64,000 nt of DNA from an uncultured Alphaproteobacteria bacterium (GTDB lineage: Bacteria > Pseudomonadota > Alphaproteobacteria > HIMB59 > GCA-002718135): contig CABYRE010000005.1 in NCBI GenBank assembly GCA_902521325.1, positions 9,115 to 73,114 on the forward strand, read 5' to 3'. Positions 1 through 8,922 of this stretch are shown piece by piece; positions within the stretch are counted from its first letter, which is position 1; the number at the start of each line of letters is the position of its first letter. The translations under genes were made by a program, and so were the position numbers. Under the pieces are notes generated by a model. The model ran no database searches. It worked only from the letters and a program-made list of their open reading frames with translations, and was not told the origin of the DNA.

Positions 1-999
1 ATTGGAACATTAATCTGGAAATTAGCGCCGGCAATAGCAGCAGGCAATACTGTCGTTATTAAACCTTCAGAAAGAGCATCATGCTCTACATTAGAGTTAA
101 TGAAAATTTTAGAAGAAGCCGATCTTCCAGAAGGTTTGATTAATGTTGTTACTGGTTTTGGTCCTACAACCGGAGCGCCTCTTATTGAACATAAAGATGT
201 CAGGATGATAAGTTTTACAGGTGGAACAAAAGGGGGGAGTTCAGCTAGTTTAAGTGCATCTAAAAATGTTAAACCTATTATTATGGAGCTAGGTGGAAAA
301 TCACCACAAATTATATTTAAAGATGCTGATTTATCTTTATCAGTTAATGGAGTTGCATCAGGAATCTTTCCAGTTTCAGGTCATAGCTGTATTTCAGGAT
401 CAAGAATATTAGTACATAAAGATATAAAAGATAAATTTACTAATAATTTATTAGAAGTCGTTAAAAAAGCTAAAGTTGGTCACCCAAATGATACAGAAAC
501 ACAAATAGGACCTATAGCAAATAAAGAACAATATGATTTTATTTTATCTAAGATAGAAACGGCTGAAAAAAGAGGTTTAAAATTATTAATTGATGGAAGA
601 AAAGAACAAAAATCTGAAGGTTACTATATTGGACCAACTATTTTTGATAATGTTCCAAATGAAGATGATTTAGCTCAAAATGAAGTATTTGGACCTGTCG
701 CTTCAATACAATCTTGGGATAATGAAGATGAAGTCATTAAAATTGCAAACGATACTATTTATGGACTTGCAGCAGGTATTTGGACTAAGGATACTAATAA
801 AGCTATACGTTTAGCAGATAAGATAGAAGCTGGAACTATTTATATAAATAATTATTTTAATGCTTCTACTCAATCTCCAGTTGGAGGTTTCAAGCAATCA
901 GGATACGGTCGTGAAAATGGATGGGAGGGAATGCAAAGTTACATGCAGACTAAATCTACATGGCTAGCTACCAATCCATCTCAACCAAACCCATTTTAA
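1..999 (+). CDS. NAD(P)-dependent aldehyde dehydrogenase (5'-partial; frame is open from position 1)
   Basis: Frame 1 reads IGTLIWKLAPAIAAGNTVVIKPSE upstream of the ORF call; motifs SFTGG, MELGGKSP, catalytic Cys (SGHSC), EVFGPV, GGFKQSGYGRE. Confidence 0.95.
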   Translation: MGTLIWKLAPAIAAGNTVVIKPSERASCSTLELMKILEEADLPEGLINVVTGFGPTTGAPLIEHKDVRMISFTGGTKGGSSASLSASKNVKPIIMELGGKSPQIIFKDADLSLSVNGVASGIFPVSGHSCISGSRILVHKDIKDKFTNNLLEVVKKAKVGHPNDTETQIGPIANKEQYDFILSKIETAEKRGLKLLIDGRKEQKSEGYYIGPTIFDNVPNEDDLAQNEVFGPVASIQSWDNEDEVIKIANDTIYGLAAGIWTKDTNKAIRLADKIEAGTIYINNYFNASTQSPVGGFKQSGYGRENGWEGMQSYMQTKSTWLATNPSQPNPF

Positions 1000-1006
1000 G
1001 AAGTAA

Positions 1007-1798
1007 TTATTCTTTCCAGTTTGGCTCTCTTTTTTCTAAAAAAGCTTCAATACCTTCCTTGGAATCATCATGTAACATATTTTCCGTCATTACATTTGAA
1101 GTAAAAGTATATGCGTCTTCTAAACTCATATCTTTTTGTTTGTAAAAAGCTTCTTTACCAATTTTAATAGTATTAAAAGATTTAGACGATATTTTTTTAG
1201 CAATTTGAAATACATTTTCTTTTAAACTATCTTCTTTAAAGACATCATTTATTAAGCCAATCCTTAATGCTTTATTTGCATCTATAAGATCTCCAGTGAG
1301 AAGCATTTCCATTGCTTGCTTTTTACCTACAGTTCTTGATAATGGAACCATTGGTGTAGAACAAAATAATCCAATATTAACGCCAGGAGTTGCATATTTT
1401 GCTCTACTACTTGAGTAAGCTAAATCACAGCTAGAAATTAACTGACACCCTGCTGCACTAGCTATACCATCAACCATAGCTATAACTGGCTTATTATTTT
1501 TATTAATCATCAGCATAAGTTGAGAGCACATTTGAAATATTTTTTTAAAATAGCTTTCACCTTTGTCATTTTGCAATCTTTGTGAATTTAAATCTTTCAA
1601 ATTATGTCCTGCACAAAAAATATTACCTTTTGATGATAAAATAATTACTTTTACTTCATTATCTTTATCAGCAATATCTAGCGCTGATGTTAATTCATTG
1701 ATCATGTTTTCGCTTAAAGTATTTTGGTTTTTTTGATCATTAAGAATAATATTAAAAATATTATTATTTTTTTTGTTTAATATTAGATTAAAATTCAT
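1007..1798 (-). CDS. Enoyl-CoA hydratase/crotonase family protein
   Basis: FCAGHNLKDL, AAGCQLISSCDL, PGVNIGLFCSTP, MEMLLTG, EGIEAFLEKR. Confidence 0.92.
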   Translation of the reverse strand: MNFNLILNKKNNNIFNIILNDQKNQNTLSENMINELTSALDIADKDNEVKVIILSSKGNIFCAGHNLKDLNSQRLQNDKGESYFKKIFQMCSQLMLMINKNNKPVIAMVDGIASAAGCQLISSCDLAYSSSRAKYATPGVNIGLFCSTPMVPLSRTVGKKQAMEMLLTGDLIDANKALRIGLINDVFKEDSLKENVFQIAKKISSKSFNTIKIGKEAFYKQKDMSLEDAYTFTSNVMTENMLHDDSKEGIEAFLEKREPNWKE

Positions 1799-2245
1799 TT
1801 AATTGATTTGAATCTCAACATCTTTAGATAATGAATTAGCGATAAAACAATACTTATGAGATCTCTCTTTCATCTTTTTCATTTCTTCATCAGAAATAGT
1901 AAAATTATCTTCAAATACTATAGCTGGATTTAGTTCTATTTTGTTTACGTACATTCTTCCCTCTGCATTTTTTCCTAAATAAGAAATTGCTTTATCTTTA
2001 TAATTAATAACTGGCCATTTCATTTTTGCAGCTAAAGCTAAGAATGTCATCATAAAACAACTACTTACAGCTGCAGCTAGTTTTTGTTCTGGATTAATAT
2101 TAGTTTCACTTCCTCCATAATCTGGAGATGATCCCGCATCAATAGATACATTTTCGTTAAGTATTACTGTATGATCAGTTAAATACTTTCCAAATTCGAG
2201 TTTTTGATCTCCTAATTTCCACTTTAATTCGATTGAGTGACTCAT
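1799..2245 (-). CDS. OsmC/Ohr family protein
   Basis: NPEQKLAAAVSSCFMMTF and HKYCFIANSL two-Cys motifs; start moved to the ATG at 2245, 1 nt from the dmdA stop. Confidence 0.85.
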   Translation of the reverse strand: MSHSIELKWKLGDQKLEFGKYLTDHTVILNENVSIDAGSSPDYGGSETNINPEQKLAAAVSSCFMMTFLALAAKMKWPVINYKDKAISYLGKNAEGRMYVNKIELNPAIVFEDNFTISDEEMKKMKERSHKYCFIANSLSKDVEIQIN

Positions 2246-2246
2246 T

Positions 2247-3368
2247 TTAAGAATAATTAAAAGGAAGTGAACACACTTTACCTTTTCTCTCAATATTGTC
2301 TGGTGTTAATACAATAACATCCTGCCCATCATTCCAATAATCTCTATCAACCATTGAAAGCCCAATATTGGTTTTTAAAAATGGTGAATAAATACCAGAG
2401 GTGATATTACCAATTTGAAATCTATTTTTTGAGTATACAGGAAAAGGTATTGTGCACGGAGGAGTCGGGGACCCATCAAAAGTAATTCCTTTTATTTTTT
2501 TTTCTATTCCATTTTTTATTATTTTTTTTAGGGCATTTTTTCCAATGAAATCATGAGATAAATTTCTACAATAATTATCAAAACCACATTCAATTGGATT
2601 ATTTTCTAAAGTAAATTCATTACCATAAGATAATAAACCACCTTCTATTCTATCAATTAAATTTGGACATCCAGGTGAAATATTAAAATCTTTTCCTGCT
2701 TCCCAAATAGTTTCCCAAAGTTTTTTTCCTAAACTAAAACCTTTAAAATAAATCTCAAAACCATCTTGTTTGCTATATCCTGATCTTGCAATTATCTGCT
2801 TTGTTCCTTCAAATTCAAAAAAAGAAAAATGAAAGAATTTTAATTTTTTTATTTTCTCTCCAAATATTGAAGACATTAATTTTTCAGATTTTGGACCTTG
2901 AATTGCTAGAGGGTAAATATCTGGCTCTATAATATCAACTTTAAATTTTCTTCCTACAGCCAATCCTTTTGCCCAAAGAAGAACATCTGAGTCTGCAACT
3001 GATAGCCAATATTTATTTTCACTTAATTTTAAAAGTACAGGATCGTTTATCATCCCTGCATTTTCATCAATCATTGGATAATAGTAACATTTACCAATAG
3101 GCATATCTTTTATTGATCTTGGAGACATGAGTTGTATTAATTTTGTAGCATCTTCTCCTATTATTTGAACCTGTCGTTGACATGAAACATCCCAAATTTG
3201 AGTATTTTTAGATAAGTGCCAATAATCTTCTTCTACTGTTGCTTTATATGATTTTGGAAGAAGCATATGATTAACTACAGTAAAACCACTTACACCAGCC
3301 TCAATTACTTTCTCGGTATAGGGAGTCCTCCTAATACGTCTAGACATGTTTAATCCTGAATTACTCAT
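2247..3368 (-). CDS. dmdA: Dimethylsulfoniopropionate demethylase DmdA (GcvT family)
   Basis: SRRIRRTPY, NHMLLP, QIWDV..QRQV, INDPVLLKL, SVADSDV, IARSGYSKQDGFEIY, PGCPNLIDRIE all match recalled SAR11/Roseobacter DmdA; start moved to 3368. Confidence 0.88.
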   Translation of the reverse strand: MSNSGLNMSRRIRRTPYTEKVIEAGVSGFTVVNHMLLPKSYKATVEEDYWHLSKNTQIWDVSCQRQVQIIGEDATKLIQLMSPRSIKDMPIGKCYYYPMIDENAGMINDPVLLKLSENKYWLSVADSDVLLWAKGLAVGRKFKVDIIEPDIYPLAIQGPKSEKLMSSIFGEKIKKLKFFHFSFFEFEGTKQIIARSGYSKQDGFEIYFKGFSLGKKLWETIWEAGKDFNISPGCPNLIDRIEGGLLSYGNEFTLENNPIECGFDNYCRNLSHDFIGKNALKKIIKNGIEKKIKGITFDGSPTPPCTIPFPVYSKNRFQIGNITSGIYSPFLKTNIGLSMVDRDYWNDGQDVIVLTPDNIERKGKVCSLPFNYS

Positions 3369-3369
3369 T

Positions 3370-3705
3370 TTATTTCGACCACCATATTGAGTATCCATTT
3401 GGAGAAACAATTAAAGGTATGTGATATTTTTTAAGAGGATCTTTCATTTTAAATTTAACACTTATTGAATTAATCATTTCACTAGTATTTCTAAAATATT
3501 TACCAGAATTAATTATCATTTCATAATCACTTTCACAATCTTCTTTCGTTAATTCAAATTCTTTAAGCATTCTTCCAGAGCTATCTGTTTTATCTTCTAG
3601 AAATACAACTTTGTTATTATTATTTACTTTATAAATAACAATTTCTACATCACTTGCATGCGTACCATCTATTGAGTTTAGTAAATGTGTAGAAAAAATT
3701 GCCAT
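3370..3705 (-). CDS. Transthyretin-like (hydroxyisourate hydrolase family) protein with non-canonical C-terminus
   Basis: STHLLNSIDG, TDSSGR, YHIPLIVSPNGYS; ends in WWSK instead of YRGS. Confidence 0.85.
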   Translation of the reverse strand: MAIFSTHLLNSIDGTHASDVEIVIYKVNNNNKVVFLEDKTDSSGRMLKEFELTKEDCESDYEMIINSGKYFRNTSEMINSISVKFKMKDPLKKYHIPLIVSPNGYSIWWSK

Positions 3706-3708
3706 AAC

Positions 3709-5451
3709 CTACTCTATAGAAGCTTTATCTCTTTTATCACTAACTGCAGCAACTATTGGACTTATGACACCTTTAGCCTTAACATTTACACACGCAGTTT
3801 TACCACTTTCTAAAGCTCTTTTTAAAGCAGGGCCTAAATCTTCTCTTTTATTAACTAATTCTCCATGCCCTCCAAAACCTTCAAAAATTGAATGAAATGG
3901 AATATCTCTAAAATCAGTTGCAAAGTGTTTCCCACTTTCAAATAACCTTTCTTGTTGTTGAGAAATACAGTCAAGACCTCCATTGTTATCTATAACCACA
4001 ACAATAGGCTTTTTTTCTTGAAATGCAGCTTCAATTGATAATCCCCCAGATAAAAATGCACCATCTCCACTTATTAAAACAACATTAGATTTAGGATTCA
4101 GATTTTTTGCTGATATTGCAAAAGGAACTCCAACACCTAACATACTGAAAGTACCTGGATGTAATATTCCTCCAAGTTTTTTACCTTTTGATCCAGCAAT
4201 ATTAATTGCAATCTCAGACCAGAAATGTGTGTTTCCACCATCAATAACTAACCAATCATTTTCAGTTAATTCTTCTTGAACATCTAAAGCTAACTGAAGA
4301 GGATGAATTTTCCCACCATTTTTTTTCGTCTCTTCAGTTTCTTCATTTAATTCATCTAATGTTTTATCAATCCAATTTTTTTTCTCTTTTTTATTTTTAT
4401 CAAACCATTTATTATTTAATTTCCATTTACTATTTTTCTTTAATTCTACGAGTTTATCCAAAAAGACTCCAGGATCACAAAGTAAATTAATATCTGCAGC
4501 TCTATTTAATTCTATTTCTTCATGTGATCCATTAATACAAACAAGCTTTGTGCTTTTTGGAAAAAGTGGAGGATTACCAAAATTCATTTGATTATCAAGA
4601 CGTGCACCAATCATTAGAACCAAATCTGATTCATTGAGAGCCATCTTTGATGGGGGGTATTGATGAATATCTGCTAGACCCATATATGTATCTGCCTCTT
4701 CCCCTAAAAGTTTTTGATGGTATGGTATATTAAATATTGGAATATTTAATTCAAATCCAGCTTGCTCTAATTTTTTTTCTGCACTAGACCACCAAACTCC
4801 ATGCCCTCCAATAAAAACTGGTTTTTTAGCATTAATTGCAAGATCAAATATTTCATTTAAACTCTCAGGATCAGGCCAAGCTTTGGCAAATGGTATTTTT
4901 TGATGAGTAAATGGTCTTTCTTCTAAACCAGCATCATCTGCAAATGATGAAAACATTATATCTACTGGCACACTTAAATGTACTGCACCTGGGTAACCAT
5001 TTGTTGCAATTCTATAAGCTTTATCTACGAACTCTCTTATTCTATTGCCATCTGTTATGCTAGCACTGTATTTTGTTAAAGGTGCTGCAATAGACACATC
5101 ATCTATTTCCTTAAAACCACCTGCTCCTTGTCTTTTTAAGCTACTTGATCCAGTTATAAAAATAACAGGTGATCTTTCACCCCAAGCTTCCATCATTGAA
5201 GGTACTGCATTTGCAAAACCTTCGGGTCCTACAATACAAACGGATGGTTTTCTTGATATTCTAGTGTGACCATCAGCTAAATGACCAGCAATTTGTTCAT
5301 GAGGACAATTAATTACATTAATTTGACACTCCATAAATCCTTCGAGTGCCGGATTACAAAAACCTCCAGAAAGTGTAAAAACATTATCAATACCTTTGTC
5401 TCTAAGAGCTCTTGCAACTAATGCCCCACCTCTAATCTTTTTGTTTCCCAT
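3709..5451 (-). CDS. Thiamine diphosphate-dependent enzyme (acetolactate synthase / 2-hydroxyacyl-CoA lyase / oxalyl-CoA decarboxylase-like)
   Basis: Catalytic HEQ Glu, PGAVHLSVPVD, ThDP motif GDG-X~25-NN (ISGDGAFL...VIDNNGG). Confidence 0.92.
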   Translation of the reverse strand: MGNKKIRGGALVARALRDKGIDNVFTLSGGFCNPALEGFMECQINVINCPHEQIAGHLADGHTRISRKPSVCIVGPEGFANAVPSMMEAWGERSPVIFITGSSSLKRQGAGGFKEIDDVSIAAPLTKYSASITDGNRIREFVDKAYRIATNGYPGAVHLSVPVDIMFSSFADDAGLEERPFTHQKIPFAKAWPDPESLNEIFDLAINAKKPVFIGGHGVWWSSAEKKLEQAGFELNIPIFNIPYHQKLLGEEADTYMGLADIHQYPPSKMALNESDLVLMIGARLDNQMNFGNPPLFPKSTKLVCINGSHEEIELNRAADINLLCDPGVFLDKLVELKKNSKWKLNNKWFDKNKKEKKNWIDKTLDELNEETEETKKNGGKIHPLQLALDVQEELTENDWLVIDGGNTHFWSEIAINIAGSKGKKLGGILHPGTFSMLGVGVPFAISAKNLNPKSNVVLISGDGAFLSGGLSIEAAFQEKKPIVVVIDNNGGLDCISQQQERLFESGKHFATDFRDIPFHSIFEGFGGHGELVNKREDLGPALKRALESGKTACVNVKAKGVISPIVAAVSDKRDKASIE

Positions 5452-5452
5452 C

Positions 5453-6616
5453 TTAATACTTTATATCCTTAAAAAATTTCTCTGCTATAATTTTTTTATC
5501 AACTTCATTTATATTGGTTAATCCTACTAAGCCAAGATTTGTACTTAACTCCTCTTTAATTAAGTTGATAATTCTTCGAAGACCTCTTGAACCATCTGCG
5601 CCAATGGCATACATTAGAGGTCTGCCAAACATAACAAAATCAGCTCCCAGAGCTAATGCACGTAAAATATCACTACCACTTCTAATACCACTATCAAAAA
5701 GTATTGGAAAATCATCTCCCAAAGATTTTCGAATTAATGGTAAAGCATTAATAGAAGCAGTAGCACTATCTAATTGCCTTCCACCATGATTAGATACTTG
5801 AATTGCATCAGCACCAGCTTCTTTAATTTTTAAAGCATCTTCAGAATTCATTACACCTTTGATTATTAATTTTCCTTTCCATGTGTCCCTAACTCTTTTT
5901 AGAGTATTCCAATCAGTTGCTCCTCTACTTTCTTTTCGTCGAAAAATTTGATCACCGCTATTAGAAGTAACATAATTCATTGGTTTTGGTGCTCCTTTTA
6001 ATAAAGTTGTTAAACTCCATTGAGGATGTAGTGCAAAATCTAAAAATTGTTTTGGACCTATTTTAAAAGGATAACCAAAACCATTTCTGTCATCTCTAGC
6101 TCTTCTTGAAAGAATAGGCACATCAACAGTAAGAATTAAAACTTTGTATCCAATATTTTCTGCTCTTTTTAATAATTCCATAATAAATTCTTCACTTTGA
6201 AAAATATATATCTGCATCCATGAATTACCTTCTGAAAAAGTAAACATATCTTCAAGTGTTGTACTAGATGCCATTGAAACACATGTTGGAATATTATTAT
6301 ACGCACTTTCTTTTGCTATCATTTTATCTGCTTCAGGCCATGAAAGATTTGTCATTCCCATTGGAGCAAATCCAAATGGATAATTAAAATCAAAATCAAA
6401 TATTTTTTTACTTAAATTTCTATTTTCGACATTTCTAAAAACTTTAGGTTCAAGTCTAATTTGATCTAATGCTGTACTATTAATTTCTGCAAGTTTATCA
6501 TCTCCTGATGCTCCATCAATAAAATCAAAAACTAATTTTGGTAATCTTTTTTTAGATAATCTTATTGCATCATCTATTGTATGGATTTTAGTGCTAGGTT
6601 TAATGAGATCTTTCAT
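5453..6616 (-). CDS. FMN-dependent alpha-hydroxy acid dehydrogenase (LldD/mandelate dehydrogenase-like)
   Basis: FDFIDGAS, APMG, LTVDVP, IIKG, VSNHGGRQLD, DSGIRSG. Confidence 0.93.
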   Translation of the reverse strand: MKDLIKPSTKIHTIDDAIRLSKKRLPKLVFDFIDGASGDDKLAEINSTALDQIRLEPKVFRNVENRNLSKKIFDFDFNYPFGFAPMGMTNLSWPEADKMIAKESAYNNIPTCVSMASSTTLEDMFTFSEGNSWMQIYIFQSEEFIMELLKRAENIGYKVLILTVDVPILSRRARDDRNGFGYPFKIGPKQFLDFALHPQWSLTTLLKGAPKPMNYVTSNSGDQIFRRKESRGATDWNTLKRVRDTWKGKLIIKGVMNSEDALKIKEAGADAIQVSNHGGRQLDSATASINALPLIRKSLGDDFPILFDSGIRSGSDILRALALGADFVMFGRPLMYAIGADGSRGLRRIINLIKEELSTNLGLVGLTNINEVDKKIIAEKFFKDIKY

Positions 6617-6664
6617 TTTAATATTTGTATTCTAATACAATTTATAATTCTATTATAAAATATA

Positions 6665-7894
6665 TTAGTTTTTTGAAATACCCTTCCAAGGTATTGGGCT
6701 GGACGGAATATTTTCTTTTAAACCTCTTTGTATATCGCCTTTCTTATCATACATTGGTAAAGTACAGATTTCACCTTTTTGCAAACTACCATCATCACAA
6801 CTAACATCTACTATTGTTCCTGGTCCAAATTCTGCTTGATCCATATGAACTATAGCAACACCACAAACTTGAAATGGCGACCATGTACTTGAAGTTACAA
6901 TTCCAATTTTTTTATTTTTAATAGAAATTTCAGAATCAACTAATGCAAAACTATTTTCCACTCTCATACCCCATGTTAAACAATCTTTGCTTGCTTTTAG
7001 TAAATAATCTCTTCCAATAAAATCCTCTTTATTAAAATCTATAAATTTTCCTAATCCAACAGCAAATGGAGATCTATCACTTGTAAAATCTCTCCCAGCA
7101 GATAACAGACCTGCCTCAATCCTTCTACATCTAAATCCTGGTGAGGCTGTTAGGATCATTCCCATTTCTTCACCTTTTCTTAATATTAAGTCTCCAATTT
7201 TTTTAGAATCATTTTGTGGTCTTAAATAAATTTCCCAACCCAGTTCATTCGTAAAACCTGTTCTACTTATAATTACTTCTTCTGAAGCAATTGAAGTTTC
7301 AATCCAATCAAAGTAATTAAAATTATTTTTTAATGATTGATCAACAAGTTTTTCTAATAGTTTCAGAGATTTAGGGCCTTGTATTTGACTGACCCAAACA
7401 TTCGGATCTTTAATTTCAACATCTAAATTTTTCGAATGAGCTTTGTACCAACTATATAAATGTCCATCACCTTGTGCAAACCAAAATTTATTTTTTTCTA
7501 ATCTCAATAATAATCCATCTGAAATCATTCCTCCATCATGGTAGCAAGCAAATTGATAAGAACATCGTCCAATTTTTACTTTTGAAATATCTCTAGGAAA
7601 TATTTGTTGAAGTAAATTTTCAGCATCTGGACCTGAGATTTCGTAAGGATGCTCACCCGTATGACGTAAAATTATTTCTTGTCTAGCCTTCCAATACATT
7701 TCATCTGCTGTAGCATGAGATAATTTTTCAAGCGTAAATCTCCCATCAGCGTAGTTAGTATATTCTGGGTTAAGTGGTAACTCTTGATATGTAAGAGGAT
7801 GTATTTTCATGGGTCTAGCCAAATCTAGAGATCTACCAGTTTCTTTAATAACTGGCTTTACAACAAATCTGTAATTTTTAACTAAATCTCCCAT
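6665..7894 (-). CDS. GcvT-like aminomethyltransferase / THF-dependent demethylase, atypical subfamily
   Basis: EISGPDA, GGMISDG, QIQGPKS, ISRTGFTNELGWEIY, RRIEAG; start is either ATG 7894 or TTG 7906. Confidence 0.85.
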   Translation of the reverse strand: MGDLVKNYRFVVKPVIKETGRSLDLARPMKIHPLTYQELPLNPEYTNYADGRFTLEKLSHATADEMYWKARQEIILRHTGEHPYEISGPDAENLLQQIFPRDISKVKIGRCSYQFACYHDGGMISDGLLLRLEKNKFWFAQGDGHLYSWYKAHSKNLDVEIKDPNVWVSQIQGPKSLKLLEKLVDQSLKNNFNYFDWIETSIASEEVIISRTGFTNELGWEIYLRPQNDSKKIGDLILRKGEEMGMILTASPGFRCRRIEAGLLSAGRDFTSDRSPFAVGLGKFIDFNKEDFIGRDYLLKASKDCLTWGMRVENSFALVDSEISIKNKKIGIVTSSTWSPFQVCGVAIVHMDQAEFGPGTIVDVSCDDGSLQKGEICTLPMYDKKGDIQRGLKENIPSSPIPWKGISKN

Positions 7895-7934
7895 AAAATT
7901 ATTCAATTTATCACAAAATAATGAAAAAAAAATT

Positions 7935-8858
7935 TTAAAATATATTCTTTATAGCTTCAATATGTCGTGGCTTAACTTCACAGCATCCACCTACTAGAGT
8001 AACACCTTTATTTAAAGAATTTAAAACAAATTTTTTATATTTTTCTTCTCCAAATTCTTCATTTCTAGTTCCAAGTAATTCAACAGGATCAATATAATCG
8101 TAATGACCCTCAAAACCTTCTGAATTGAATTCATTTTTATCACTAGTAGGGAGTTGTTTAAATAAATTCATTTTGTACCCAAAAGGAAGCTTTTGTTTAT
8201 TGAATATAGGAATACTTAAATTAATGATTTCAGGTGATACGCATGCTGATAATATACCACAACAGTTAAAATTTTGAATAGTTTCAAATAGTTTATCAAG
8301 ACTTTCTCCAGATGGTAATTTTCCATCATAACGTAAGTGCACACCTACAAGAACCTGTTTATTAAATTCTTTTGAAGCCTCTAAGGCAATTTTTATTTCT
8401 TTAATTGAACACAAAACATCTAAGTAAAATATATCTACGTAATCTCTTAATATTTTTGTAATTTCGTGAAAATAATTAAACATTGTTTCATCAGTTTCAA
8501 AATGTATAGGCGAATATGTATTACCTTGATTTGGTAATGAGCCAGCAACAATAACATTTTTATCACTTTCATTTTTTGCTTTTAATGCAAGTGCTCCAGC
8601 AGATCTTATTCCAAATTCAAACTTATCAAGTAAGTTATATTTTTTTAATAGCCTCCTTCTAACACTAAAATTTGAAGTAACGATTAATTGTGATCCTGCA
8701 TTTATAAATTTTTTATGCATATCTACGACCATTGAGTGATTATTTTCATTTAATAAAGCTTGTGCAGACCAAAGATCACCAGTTGTTTTTAAACCCATTT
8801 CCATTAAAGTTTGTCCGGAACCTCCATCAAAGAGGTATTTCTTATTTTTTAAAAACAT
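7935..8858 (-). CDS. Homocysteine S-methyltransferase family protein (BHMT/Bmt-like)
   Basis: LFDGGSGQTL, LWSAQAL, HKKFINAG, VAGSLP, Zn-Cys in SAC, LVGGCC. Confidence 0.88.
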   Translation of the reverse strand: MFLKNKKYLFDGGSGQTLMEMGLKTTGDLWSAQALLNENNHSMVVDMHKKFINAGSQLIVTSNFSVRRRLLKKYNLLDKFEFGIRSAGALALKAKNESDKNVIVAGSLPNQGNTYSPIHFETDETMFNYFHEITKILRDYVDIFYLDVLCSIKEIKIALEASKEFNKQVLVGVHLRYDGKLPSGESLDKLFETIQNFNCCGILSACVSPEIINLSIPIFNKQKLPFGYKMNLFKQLPTSDKNEFNSEGFEGHYDYIDPVELLGTRNEEFGEEKYKKFVLNSLNKGVTLVGGCCEVKPRHIEAIKNIF

Positions 8859-8883
8859 TTTTTTGAAAGATTAGTAGAAATTG

Positions 8884-8907
8884 TGTGGCGCATTTAAATG
8901 CGCCACA
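8884..8907 (-). terminator. Perfect 24-bp palindromic hairpin after the SBP gene (terminator or mRNA stabiliser)
   Basis: TGTGGCGCATTT/AAATGCGCCACA, 15 nt downstream of the SBP stop. Confidence 0.7.
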
Positions 8908-8922
8908 AAGAAAATTAAAATT

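Noticed and set aside
3370-3705. Calling this gene uraH/pucM
   Set aside because: It lacks the YRGS signature and any purine-degradation context.
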